Below, one piece after another: positions 11,448 through 23,855 of a stretch of 34,552 bases of DNA. Below the pieces are notes generated by a model, which made no database searches, was not told the DNA's origin, and saw only the letters and a list, made by a program, of their open reading frames with translations. This DNA is from Xylographa opegraphella. Taxonomy: Eukaryota. Each line of letters begins with the position of its first letter. Position 1 is the stretch's first letter. The stretch covers positions 1-34,552 of the forward strand of contig JALDZX010000110.1 in NCBI GenBank assembly GCA_022813865.1. The letters are read 5' to 3'. The translations under genes were made by a program, and so were the position numbers.

Positions 11448-12503
11448 ATGTCACACTCTGCAACTGCACTCTTCACATCGCAGCAACAAGCGGCCGACGC
11501 TCGCAAGACAAGCCACCCTCCAAACATTCACAGCCAACACTTCGATGTGGCAGCTGAACTCACCGCAGCCAATACGTCAATCTTTGATGCGCGCTCGGTA
11601 CAGCTTACCCCTTCAATCCTGAAGTCCCGCGACTCAGCTTTCAGCTTTCCCTTCCTGCAAGCTAGTACCGCTATGTATCAGCGGCCGTTTGACATTAACC
11701 CGGCTCATCCAGTCAGCATCCTGCCTGTCCAGCCATGCTCCTCGAAAGCAGACGCGGCGCAGCCGATGCAGGGTAGACCTGAAGGTTTCGGGCTGCAATC
11801 GGACGCTCTCACGTTTGCCACTGGTGATTCGAATACCGTGCCTAATCCGCAAAACCGCCTTCCCCTTGTCCCGAGCACATACGGTAGCTACGTCGCTGCA
11901 TTCGAGCTCCGCGAGCTTTCCGCCTTCACACTTAACCTCAAGGAGCGTTTTGAGGACATCGCGGGCTCGGCGCATGATGCTTGTCAAGATCTCCTGGTCA
12001 AACTGACCAAGGAGTTCAGCGATGTGATGGAGCAGATCCGTGATCTTGCCAAACACGAAGAAGACAGGGACGTGTGTTCACTTTTAAGAGAGCTCACAAA
12101 TTACCCTGGATCACCTCGTCCCAGCGGATTGGCTCCGCCACAGACCACCAATCAACGGCATCGAGATCAGGATTTGAACTGGCAAGCCTCGACTCTAAAG
12201 TGCATTCATCGACGACGAGACCTCATGGTGCAACACATCAACCTCCTGAGCAAAAGTCGCATGATTGGAGCTTCAAATCCGCGTCCGTACCAGGTAGGGA
12301 AGCTCAACTATGGCCCGGATGCTTCATTCTTGGATTGTTTGCAAATCGAAGGAGGAGAGTGGGAGCGTTTGTGGGACTCCTTTCATGTTGAATGTGAGAG
12401 GGCGGGGCTGACAAAGGAGCGCTTGTCGACACTTGCGAAAGTATGGGGCGTCCAGTTTGATACTCCGGAGACCCTCGGATTTGATTGTCAAGTGGAGGAC
12501 TGA
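11448..12503 (+). CDS. Hypothetical protein (~351 aa), no recognised domain
   Basis: Uninterrupted ORF of more than 1 kb with the first ATG at 11448 in AAAATGT context. Possible upstream intron 11376-11429 (GTATGT...CAG). The C-terminal half looks helical. Confidence 0.6.
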   Translation: MSHSATALFTSQQQAADARKTSHPPNIHSQHFDVAAELTAANTSIFDARSVQLTPSILKSRDSAFSFPFLQASTAMYQRPFDINPAHPVSILPVQPCSSKADAAQPMQGRPEGFGLQSDALTFATGDSNTVPNPQNRLPLVPSTYGSYVAAFELRELSAFTLNLKERFEDIAGSAHDACQDLLVKLTKEFSDVMEQIRDLAKHEEDRDVCSLLRELTNYPGSPRPSGLAPPQTTNQRHRDQDLNWQASTLKCIHRRRDLMVQHINLLSKSRMIGASNPRPYQVGKLNYGPDASFLDCLQIEGGEWERLWDSFHVECERAGLTKERLSTLAKVWGVQFDTPETLGFDCQVED

Positions 12504-13009
12504 CTAATAGCTGGCAAACCTATGGCCGCTTCACAATCTATGACCTAGTCTTCAGCATCGTCCGAGGTCTGAAGATGGTAGAGCACCTCGGCTCCGTGGT
12601 GCATGGTTCTCGTCGAGATTAATAATACCAAGGAGTATCTCTCATCTTAACCTATCTCGCCAAGAATCCTCGCTTTCTAACCCGGTCCCGGTTCTAGTAG
12701 ACCCGAAATACTACATCAACCGTATTCTAAAGTTGTAGATTGTGAACAAATACAGGATACATTATTCCTGACTGAATGGCTAGATACACGATGCTTCAAA
12801 TATTTCATGCTTAAACCACAGATTTTACATTCGCCATAGCGCACAGTCGGCCGTCAACAGCTCGACGGATCGCCATACCGTCGGGCCTGTAAGATTTCTA
12901 ATCTGTGGATCGTCAACTCCAAGAACGGGATCCCGAATGACCCAAGACAGAGTCGATAATTGTACTATAGTTACGTTCTCCCGAGCACGCCGCTTCAGTA
13001 TTGTCAAGC

Positions 13010-13505
13010 TTAGCAGCAACCTTCGGCGCATTCACAACAGTCGGCACAGCATTCACAACCCTCCTCCGCCACAAAACAACAGCACAATGCTGCGATACTA
13101 CCGATCTGGTCAGTAGTAGCTCAGAATCTCCCGGATTTGTACCAGCACAGAGCTTAGAACTTACCAGGCCCCGAGGCAACCTCTGTCACTCTGCTGTCTC
13201 ACGGGCGCTTGCTGTGGAGGACCCTGCTGGTATTGCATCTGGATAAAGTTATTAGTAGGGATATCGAAACGAGATCAAAGCGCATGGGCTGCTTCAGTAT
13301 ACCTACCGGCGGCCCTTGATTGTATCCATATTGTGGTTGAGGAGGACCATATCCTTGCTGTTGAGGGTAGCCATAACCGCCACCATAGCTGTGGAATTTC
13401 TGTCAGGATGTATACATCGCGTAGAAGGTGGCAATATGATGGGCGTGAGACCTACGCTTGCTGAGGATATTGAGGCTGCTGCTGGTAGTAACCTTGGTTC
13501 GACAT
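13010..13505 (-). CDS. CYSTM-family cysteine-rich membrane protein, 97 aa; exons 13505-13456, 13388-13307, 13238-13165, 13097-13010
   Basis: Three canonical 67-68 nt introns (donors GTAGGT, GTAGGT, GTAAGT; branches CTGAC, CTAAT, CTGAC; acceptors CAG, CAG, TAG) splice in frame to MSNQGYYQQQPQYPQQAYGGGYGYPQQQGYGPPQPQYGYNQGPPMQYQQGPPQQAPVRQQSDRGCLGACIAALCCCFVAEEGCECCADCCECAEGCC*. A Q/P/Y/G-rich N-terminus followed by GCLxxCxAALCCC is the CYSTM signature. Confidence 0.93.
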
Positions 13506-14537
13506 GTTGTAATGATAGATTGTGCAGGTAACTTGATTGTGATGTCAGCTAAGAGTCGATGCGACAACACTCGGGCTTGCCACTGGGCTAAGTTTGTAGC
13601 CAGAATGTATAGGCAACTACTGATAAGCACACTTACGACAACGTCTTTCCGTTCTCTGGAACGTGGCTAATGGATTGATGGAAAAGTAGGACGGTGTATG
13701 AGATTGCAGAGCAGGCAGGGTTAGTTCTGCGACAACTCAAGTCCGAAGGCTTGTGTGAGGATCCCGGTCACGACGCAGCAGTGGCAGGGGTCGTTACGAA
13801 AATGACGCTACTACGGAGTACACAATTGTGACCACCTGAACGCTTCGCCAAATGTGAACAGCGCGACCAGCACAAACAACCCTGGTAGTGCCAGAGCCTC
13901 CCCAAGGTTCTGGCCCGTAATCATATGCGGCCGTACGCTTCAGGATTCTATCTTATGTCCAGGCAGCCACTGTGCTATCGCTCATTGTATTACGAGAAGT
14001 GGTTTTCACGCAGGATGAATAATGTTTGTTAATGATTGAAATAGAACAGGAATCGAAGCCGTTATCGGAGATGTCGTGACCCACAAAGCAGCGAACGACC
14101 TCCTCCTCCGCACTATACTACAGCCCGCAAAGAGAAAAAAAACAAGGCCGTCCTGACGAGAAAGAGACCACATGAAAAAAGTCAAGCATCCCTTTGAGTG
14201 TACCTTCCAATGAAACCATTGGTTCCCCAAAAGTATACATGTAAGCGGATGAGTGCAACTCTGATATCATCATCAGACTAAAACAAAGCGTCAAGAAATG
14301 TGAAGGGGATCAGATAGTTTACGCAACTAATGATAAGGACTCCCAATCAACGGATTAGAGAGAGGAAGAGGACATCAAAGCATCGTAGGCCGCTCCTTTC
14401 ATACGCTCGTCGAATGACTCCTCTAAGAGCAAGTCATGATCATTCGACGCATGGCTGAGCTGAGAGCCTTGCAAGGGGTGTCTCCGCTGAGTTCTGGGTT
14501 GAACGTGCGTCAAAAGAGATCTGATCTCACTGCAGGT

Positions 14538-16442
14538 TCAGGAATATAGACGTTTGAAGGAGTGATCGGGTTCTGGGTCTGCAAGGGATAGTGATCCCCA
14601 ATAATTATCGTTGTTGCCAACATCTTCATCGCTGGCAATTTCGTTGTTACCGTGGTGGAGTTCTGGTTGCCATTTTGTGCCTTTGTCGAAATCAGCAAAG
14701 AGCTGCTGCTTTATAGTCTCATCGATCTTATCAAAGTCGAACACTTCCCGTTCTTCCATCCAGCTCTTCAAGAATTCCATGGATGGCGAATCACCTCCAC
14801 CTTTACCGCCGCGTTTCTCTTCGGCCGAGCCTTTGACTTTTCGGCCCTTAGGCCGGGGATGAAAGTGAACACGCCGTAGGTGGGCTGCTGCATTGTAGTA
14901 GGCTCCATATTCTTTCTGGGCGCAACAAGCCTTGCATTTCGCCAATCGAGTTTTGTCCTCGGAATTATCAACACAGACCCACACCTTGCGGGATTCACAA
15001 TGGTGACGCTCGTAGTGGCGGTGAAGTTCATGCTCACCACGAAAACCATCCGGCCTCTTATTACACATTTTGCATCTGACCTTTTCTTTTTGCGGGCGAC
15101 TGTAATTGTTCCTTGCAATTGCCATAAGCTCTTTCGAAGAGCCGTCTGCCGACTTAATGCGGATCATTTGATGATCTGACGTAGAAGGCTGTCGTGAAGG
15201 AGCTAAATCTTCCTCTGAAAGCTTTGGTGCTATCGGACGCCCGCTTTGGGCGAGCTGCTCTTCCCGCCGCCGTGACATACGACTCTTCATTAAAGTACTG
15301 CCGTCTTTTGACGTAGATCGCTTCATGTCATGATCATCCTCAACTGGGAAAGATAACACGGGAGCTGCTACTACTGGAAAAGGAACGGGAAAAGCTTGTA
15401 AGGCAGAGTTCTGCGAAACACCGCCGGTGTGATAAAGGAGATGGGAACGATCGAAGTCGGATACATCAACGCCACAATCACTATTAGTAGCTTGCATTGA
15501 ACCGACCTGAAGAGAGGAGTGGTCGTCAGGAAAGAAATCAGAGAAATTTGATCGTTGAGAATGAATTTTCATCATCTGCAATCCTCCACACATTGAGCTA
15601 TTCGCATAGCTATCTTGCCGGCTCATACCATGTGAGAGTGTAGTTGCGTCTGTTAGCGTGCGACTCATTTGCGTGGTAGGAGACTGGGAGAAGGAAAACC
15701 GATTACTGCATGGCGATTGTTGACCAGACGATTGCGAAAGTCTCCGAGCAGCTTCTTGGGGTATCTGCCGTGGTGAAGAGCGCTGCTGATCGTAAATGTA
15801 GTTGTTTGGGGTTGCGGTGCTTCTAAGGTATTCCTCCGGGTCGCATACGGTAAGCTCGGAGACCCGTTGAAGAGGTTTCCGCCCGGAAGCTGTCCGTTGC
15901 ATTTTGAATGAGCTGAAAGGTTCGTCGGTATTCGCTTGCCAGTCTTGGATTGGGATTTGGGACGTATCCCGACTCGGATTGGTGAACTGTGAAAAACTCG
16001 AGCTCGAAAGGTTTGACCGCTTTCGGGACATTGACAATGATTGTTGTGATCGGCTTGTGGTTCTGTCTAGCGCGGGCAGGCGGGGTTGCTTCTGGCAGAA
16101 TATTAGTACCTGTGGATGCCAGTGTTGAGATGGTCATGTTACAGATTGACTTTCGGCCACATCAAACTGATAGGTGGGCACCGAGACAGCCGAATGAGCA
16201 ACCTGTAAGTGTGACAGATCAACAGGAGGCTGAGGAGGAGGCGGCGCAACTTCGAGGACGGAATTGATTTCGGAGACACGTTCGGACCACAACCGTTGAC
16301 TTTCTGCCGCTGGAAGGTGCGATTTCTCCCAAAAGAACGCTTCCCTCATCATGCGCAATGAATTGATAAGCATCGTATCTGAAGACTCCACCATAGTCTG
16401 CCCCGTCCTGCTTTGACCACAATGATTTGGTTGATCTTCCAT
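14538..16442 (-). CDS. Zinc-finger protein B, KLAP1 (key lime pathogenicity protein)-like putative transcription factor (~617 aa); exons 16442-16143 and 16091-14538; start uncertain
   Basis: C-terminal CKMC..PDGFRGEHELHRH..RHH...VWVC...CKAC...YGAYYNAAAHLRRVHF...RGGKGGG.SP.M..LK.WM, which I recall as the KLAP1-like family motif. ORFs 16134-16496 and 14538-16037 are in the same frame, separated by one TGA inside a candidate 51-nt intron at 16092-16142 (GTAACA...TACTAAT...CAG). Confidence 0.8.
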
Positions 16443-18165
16443 GTGTCCACAAGAGGGCTGGAGGTAGCGGTCGAAGCCGGGTGGCTGTGTTATCAATTAG
16501 CAGACATTGTTGACGGGAGATTTCGGTGACGACTGGACGATGCCGGGGTTGGATATCGCGTCCCGTACCTGCTGAAGGCCGCGATAATAGATGGGCCAAG
16601 ATACGGCTCGTGCTAGAACTTCGAGGACGACAGGCAATCCAAAGAGAACATGCAGTTGTGAGAGGACACGACTGGGCTATGGCCGAGATAAAAGCACTGA
16701 ATAATGAAGAGGCGTATTCTACGACCGACGAACTACTTACCCGTCACCTCATCCGGTCGACGCCCGGGGTCCGTGTGGTCATCCGACATGGGTTGAGGAG
16801 CGAGCTGATGAGTGGTCACCAAAACGGAGCGAAGGACATGGAAAGCCCTTCCAAAAGTGAGGCAACCACACGGATCGCAAGGTCGCTGGCCGACAGGAAT
16901 CGGCCAAGCATCTTTGCATAGACAGGCATGGGCGGAAGATGCTGCGATTAACAGGACGGGCGTCGGGCGTCTTGACGCAAGCACTAAAGTTGGCTTGTAT
17001 GATTTAGCGTGATTAAGCACTTGTGCTAACTAAAGGTAATAATAATAATACCTTGAGAGATGAGGGACCGTCGCCAGTCGAGAAGCCTTTGGAAGTGCCT
17101 CGAGCGCGTGAGAGGAATCTATTCGTAACCGCATTGGCCAGCGCAGTGTCACGACGCACGGCAAGGACGAGCGTGTATGGATCCACGTATGCTGCCCACC
17201 CTGTCGTCTCTCCTCCTCCATCCCTCCGCGAAAAGAAAACTCCTTTCTTCCCGGGCACCATTGCACCACTACCTTCTTCACTACTGACTAAATCGAGTCT
17301 CGCTACTCTGGTACCAAGTCCTGAGTCCTGACCCCAAACTGCGTCTGCTGCCATGCGCCTCGGCCTTGGCCACCCTCTCCACCGTCCGATCACTCATGCA
17401 CAAACCATATTGCAGATAGTTTGAATGACGACGGTTCGAGTGCCATCTCGTTTCACTGCTATTCTGCACCGATCGCACTGAAGTATGAAACTGGTTGACA
17501 GCGCCGCATCCACAGAACGTTCTGAGAGCTACAGTTTTAGGCATTCCGCCGTCCCTCTCGAGGTCCTGGCTCAGTGTTTCTTACATAGTGTTTACCTCGT
17601 CCCGGGCATGGTATGGTGTTCGTTTGGATATCGCTATCATTTGGCTATTATCCTTTCGTCTTCAGGCGGCCCAGTTGAACTCTTCATATCTCTTCTTAAG
17701 GGCATGGCAAGTAGCTTATCGTTCAGGGTCTTCGATGGCAGCCTACAGGTCACGTGTCGTGAAACGGAATCCACCATCATTGGGACGAGCGTGTGGTAGG
17801 ACTTTGGCACAATACCTATAAGAGCCATAACTTATTAGGTCCCGTAGTATCTACTCCGTACTGTCTGCTGTCATACATTGGACCATGGGGTTGAGTAGAC
17901 TGACAATAATCCTGGTCGCTCGTGGGCCCTCTGGCCTGTAGCCCGAGCTTAAATGAGTAATGTATCTATGAGGCACTGCCTCGGGTACTTCCAAACCTAC
18001 GTAGGTACCTACCTTATGGTACTGTCAAGTCTGCGGTACTGTGTCTCACGTACACAGTACGCGTCGTTCCGAAAGCTTATTTTCGCCCTGCCAAGCCTGC
18101 CAAGAGGACAGTTTTAGTTCTTGAGCTTCAGCTCGATCGAGTTCAAGCACAAAGTAATACTTCTC

Positions 18166-20801
18166 ATGTCCTCAGCAATGGCAGCAAGCTCAATCGAGCC
18201 GCTGTTGAAAGGGGATACGGCTCGTAGTACTCGTGGCTTGCTTCGATTGATAATTCTCTGCACAATTGCTGCAGCCGCAGTTTCCAGTCGTTTGTTCAGT
18301 GTCATTAGTACGTCCTTGACCCCGTTGTACCGAGTTCGCAATCAGCAGCCTTCACAGAGAGTCTGCCTGTTCCGGAGACAAGAAGACTAATGCATGGTCG
18401 TCATGAATAGGATTTGAAAGCATCATCCACGAATGTCGGTCCCTCCTTGTGAAGAGTCACATTCTCAAAAAGCCGTTACTAACACTCTGCAGTCGATCCT
18501 TGGTTCAATTTCCGAGCAACCAAGTACCTAGTGGAGCATGGCTTCTATAGTTTCTGGGATTGGTTTGATGACCGTAAGTAACTCTTCCCGATGGTTGGAC
18601 ACGATCTGTTGCTTCTGCTCGAGTTCCGCGTGAAAACCAGGTACTTATCTTTCTCTTTCAATACAGGAACATGGTATCCCCTGGGTCGTGTTACCGGAGG
18701 GACCCTGTACCCCGGCTTGATGGTCACCAGTGGTATAATCTACCATATTCTACGTTTTCTGTCGATGCCGGTGAACATAAGGAATATCTGCGTACTGCTG
18801 GCTCCCGCATGCTCAGGACTTACCGCATTCGCCTCATATCTACTTACTTCGGAAATGTCAGCAACTTCATCGGCAGGTCTTCTAGCTGCGGTTTTCATGG
18901 GCATAGCACCCGGCTACATCTCCCGTTCAGTCGCTGGAAGTTACGACAACGAAGCCATTGCAATATTTCTATTAGTCTTCACATTTTACCTTTGGATCAA
19001 GTCTATAAAAAATGGATCCGCCATGTGGGGTGCATTGACTGCTCTGTTCTACGGTTATATGGTGTCTGCGTGGGGAGGATATGTCTTTATCACAAATCTC
19101 CTACCTCTTCATGCCTTTGTGTTGATCCTGATGGGGAGGTATAGTCCGAGGCTTTATGTCAGTTACAGTACATGGTTTGCTCTTGGTACTCTGGCTAGCA
19201 TGCAGATACCCTTTGTTGGATTTCTCCCAATCAGGAGTAGCGAGCATATGTCGGCACTAGGTGAATGATCCACGATCACTGTCAGAGTGTAAAGAACTAA
19301 CTATTCAAGGCGTCTTCGGTCTTCTTCAGCTTGTCGCTTTTGTGGAGTTTGTCCGTCAGCAAGTATCGAACAAACAATTCCAAACCTTGCTCAGAAGCTC
19401 CATCCTCGTTATATTCGCTGTATCTCTTGCTGGTTTAGTCCTCCTGACAGTGTCCGGTATAATCGCCCCATGGACGGGCCGCTTCTATTCTCTGTGGGAT
19501 ACTGGATATGCCAAGATCCATATACCCATTATCGCTTCAGTGTCGGAACATCAGCCCACTGCATGGCCAGCCTTTTTCTTCGACCTCAACTTCCTGATTT
19601 GGCTGTTTCCAGCCGGTGTATACATGTGCTTCAAGCAACTAAAGGACGAGCAAGTCTTCATCATAATATATGCGGTCCTCGCCAGCTACTTCGCCGGTGT
19701 TATGGTCAGATTGATGCTGACATTGACGCCCGTTGTGTGTGTGGCCGCTGCACTCGCAGTTTCGAGCATTCTCGATGCTTACTTACGTATCGAATCACCA
19801 GTTGAAGAGGTACTTGGTAACGGCAATACGGAGGATGAAAAAGCAAAGGTGACATCGTCCGCTTTGCAGGACTCCTTGAGATCAACTCGGAATCCTATAG
19901 TGGGTATCTATTCCACGATATCCAAGGTCTCTACCGTTGGGATGATAACTCTTTATCTGCTCATGTTTGTGCTCCATTGTACATGGGTAACATCAAACGC
20001 GTATTCTTCTCCTTCCGTTGTTCTCGCGAGTAAGTTGCCTGACGGTAGTCAACACATCATCGACGATTACAGGGAGGCGTACTATTGGCTTCGACAGAAC
20101 ACTGCCACCAATGCGAAAGTTATGTCGTGGTGGGACTACGGTTATCAGATTGGTGGCATGGCAGATCGGCCCACACTCGTGGATAATAATACTTGGAACA
20201 ATACCCATATCGCAACGGTCGGAAAAGCGATGAGTTCCAGAGAAGAAGTCAGCTACCCAATTTTGAGACAGCACGATGTTGACTATGTTCTCGTCGTATT
20301 TGGTGGTCTTTTAGGCTATTCCGGCGATGACATTAACAAGTTCCTGTGGATGGTGCGCATTGCTGAAGGTATCTGGCCCGACCAAGTACGTGAGCGAGAC
20401 TACTTTACAGCACGGGGCGAGTACAGGGTTGATGATGAGGCTACTCCAACGATGAAGAACAGTCTGATGTACGTATTGTGCCACTTCTCTGGCTTGCGGT
20501 CGTAGAACAAAGTTTTGCTAATGGAACCAGGTACAAAATGTCATACTATAATTACCAGACACTGTTCCCGGCGGGTCAGGCTATGGACCGTGTTCGTGGC
20601 GTCAAGCTGCCAGTCGAAGGGCCTCAGCTCAACACCCTGGAAGAAGCTTTTACAAGTGAAAATTGGATAATCAGGATATATAAAGTTAAGGACTTGGACA
20701 ATATTGGCCGTGATCATGCGAGTGCAGTGGCATTCGACAAGGGAAACAAGAAGAAGAAAAGTGCCAAAAGACGAGGAGCAAGGGCACTAAGAGTAAATTG
20801 A
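18166..20801 (+). CDS. stt3: Oligosaccharyltransferase catalytic subunit STT3 (~756 aa); exons 18166-18307, 18411-18434, 18493-18573, 18667-19260, 19310-20468, 20531-20801
   Basis: Motifs [73 protein letters not shown] and DDINKFLWM. Five GT-AG introns give a 2271-nt open frame. Confidence 0.98.
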
Positions 20802-21637
20802 TTACGACAGGTATAGCTATGTAAAGTCTCTTGAAAACCTGAGAATTCGCCAGTGCAATGAATAAACGTATATTACGCGACAGCGTGGTTTTGGACGGAT
20901 GTATTCGATTTTACGCCAGCTTCGGTAATGTGCTATCCAGTGGTTTATCCTTCTCAATTCGCTGTCCTCTCAAACGACGCCAGCAACAGGCTCTGCTGGC
21001 ATTGCTTGATAAGGTCCACACTGTAAACACTCGAGAGTAGTGGTCCATGCACTGCTCAGCACGAACAGCACCATGTCGCGCATGTTTGGGTCGGTTCGCC
21101 TGTGAGATTGAACTAGCATGAGCATTGCTGCCCAACACCAAAGGACGTAGCAAACCGCATTCAACGTAATAACTTGTCGTCTCCTGAGATTGCGTTTCCT
21201 GCTCCCTGCCTGTCTTCGTCGAACCAAGCAGGATAGTGCCTGATGATTTCCTACCGGATGCTCCATGATTGGTTCGTCGTCACCTTTGGAGGGAGTAACA
21301 AGAAACTCGGTAGTTTGCGCTAAAGAGTATTGTTGTTATTACTGTGGACGAGAGTGCACTTCTCGGCATGGAATCATGTGTAGCGCGTAACTGCTTTTGA
21401 TGGTCGGTGCATTTCTATGTTGGGCGCCGTGTGCAGTCCTCGCAGACATACCATTTGCAGTGATCGCATTGTCTACTTTAAAGTAGTGCAACACGGGCTA
21501 GACAACAGATCTCATTCCAGGCCCACACTCCGACGTATATCTCTATACAGAATACAAACCATAGGAGCAGGAACAAGCACATCATTCGGTACGATCTGAT
21601 CCTTGGATCTTTTCTGTACAGTTCCGATTCCACTGTG

Positions 21638-23855
21638 ATGCCGTTCCCGTATGCAAGTCCTGCTTCCTCTGTGCGCCCACGACGATTGCGAGACAAGGAC
21701 AAGGATATTCGCTACAGAAGCAGCAGTACCAGTTCTCGGCGGTCGAAAGATCCAGCACCGCTCGTTGACGGCAGACTGTCGGCCCACCAGCCATCGACCA
21801 CTCAGCAGTCTCAACATGCCGTGGAAAGCGTAACGCTTGATCAACTTCCTCCATTACCATTGTCCCGAACCACATCCCCTTGTTCGGCAACATCCTCTGT
21901 ACTTCAGACCCAGGCAGGTTTGAAGACTTGCGAGACGGCCACTCAGCCATATTATATTCGTACCCCCGCTTCCCTCCAGCCATACCTGGAGGAAGACACA
22001 GACTCCAACAGACTGTTTGACTCGCCCCTAGCTAATTCCCAACATAGCAGACAATCTCATAATTATTCTCCGACAGAAACTCGGCGAACGTCAAGTCCAC
22101 AATCTGACTCGACTAAGGTGGAAGCTCCCGAGAACCATGAGGAGCTTAAGGCAGAGAATGCTGTAGCTTCAGCGCTCCCGTCTGACATTCAACAACAAAC
22201 TCTTCACGCTTTTTCAGCCGATTTTTCAATAGCACCGATAACAAGTCAAGCGATAGCTGTTGGCAGCCCTCAGTTAGACTCGCAAAGAATACGCCATCGA
22301 ACTCCTTCCTTTGGTACGTATCCAATCAAGGATATCTCCGGATCAGGGTTTTCGCCATCAGTTCACTTTCCTTCGAGGCCGTTCGATAATTTGACAAATG
22401 ATCAACAGGCAAAGACGGCACAGATTGTGCCGTATGTTGCTGGCTATGGTTACCCAACGATGACGCCAATCAACCCTGATACCATTGGAAATCTGTCTCA
22501 CTACGGGCCAAACCAAGATTCATTTGCTTATGAGCATTTGCAATCTCTGCGAAATTTAGGGTATCCCAATGCAAATTTACCCCAGCGGGATCAAGATGGT
22601 GGATTTTCAGGAGACTACGTTAAAGAAAATGATGCCGCAGCTTTGATGTACCGCATTCAAAACACGATGCCAGATATCTATCTCCTCATGGATCGGTATC
22701 GAGAAACAATGGGGCAGCTTGCTTTCCAAGAAAACAGGGCCCGTCAGGCAGAAGCGGAAAAGTCTCAGATTGTGAAACAAAAGGAGAAATATATTGATCA
22801 TCTAGCAACGGAATTGGACTCTGCAGCGCAGAGGCATTTGGCAGAGATCAGCAAGTTTCGGCTTGAGATGAGCATCCTGGAGGAGAAGCACAAGGAAACC
22901 CAAGAAAACCTGGTCGCAAGTGTGGATTCGAGAATGGAACTTGAAAGCGAATTCCAAAAACAGATGAGTCGGACACAAAAAGAACAACGGTTAAAGGATC
23001 AAGCAATGAGAGCCGATATTGACGCTATGATCAAGGCCGAAGCAGCGGTAGGGACTGACATGGCGTTAATCCGAAGAAAGCATACGGAAGAGCTAGGTAA
23101 GGTGAAAGAACAGTGGTTTCAAGAGAGAACCGAACTCGAAGCCAGTCACGCCAGAGAACGAAAAAACCTCGAAATGATCGTACAAACATGTCAAGATAGA
23201 CTGAAAATCGTCTCACAAAGAGCACAAGACGAACGTGAAAAGTGGGGTGATGAGCGCAACAGGCTCCAGCGGGATTGGGACGAGCAGCGCCAGAACCTTC
23301 TGGTGCAGCACACGAAGGAGCTGGAGGAATTGCGAAAAGCTGGGAGGTTGCCGCATGACAGCAGTGAGCAGAGTCGGTTAGAAAACAGAGCCACGGAATT
23401 TCAGCGACAGATCGAGACACTCGAATCGGGATGGGATACCGATAAGACGAACCTGGCAAAGGTTAGGGATACTTCTGGGGAAGCGACCACTCCGAATAGT
23501 CGAGGAAACAAATACTCGTAAGTCGGCGTAACATAATTGCTAAAGAGTAAGATCCTCAAGAAGCAATGTATTATCATAGTAAGTCCAGTGGCTGGGCATG
23601 GACCACTGCGTTACTTGTATGATCTTCTGGACTGATCGCTGGCGCCCGAACAGCATAAAAGCCTTCGGCCAACTGAGAACAGAAAATACTCGATTATTTA
23701 CACATACATGTAGTGGGGAATTGGCAGGTAACCTACCGACCTATATCAAGTATGGCATCCCTGTAAATCTTCCGGATTTCTTCGCAGAGAGTCCATCATC
23801 AATGAGACTTCGCGTCAGCTACATTAAGTATATCATCTGCTGCACCTTGAACTGA
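21638..23855 (+). CDS. Coiled-coil hypothetical protein (~693 aa), probably C-terminally truncated; exons 21638-23517 and 23654-23855
   Basis: Ser/Pro-rich N-terminus followed by a long E/K/Q/R-rich heptad region. Intron 23518-23653 (GTAAGT...CTGAT...CAG) joins in frame to IKAFGQL...YIKYIICCTLN*. Coding-like sequence continues past the TGA. Confidence 0.7.

Noticed and set aside
16134..16136. In-frame TGA in gene B as a candidate readthrough or A-to-I editing site
   Set aside because: It lies within a plausible 51-nt intron with a good branch site and acceptor, which is the simpler explanation.
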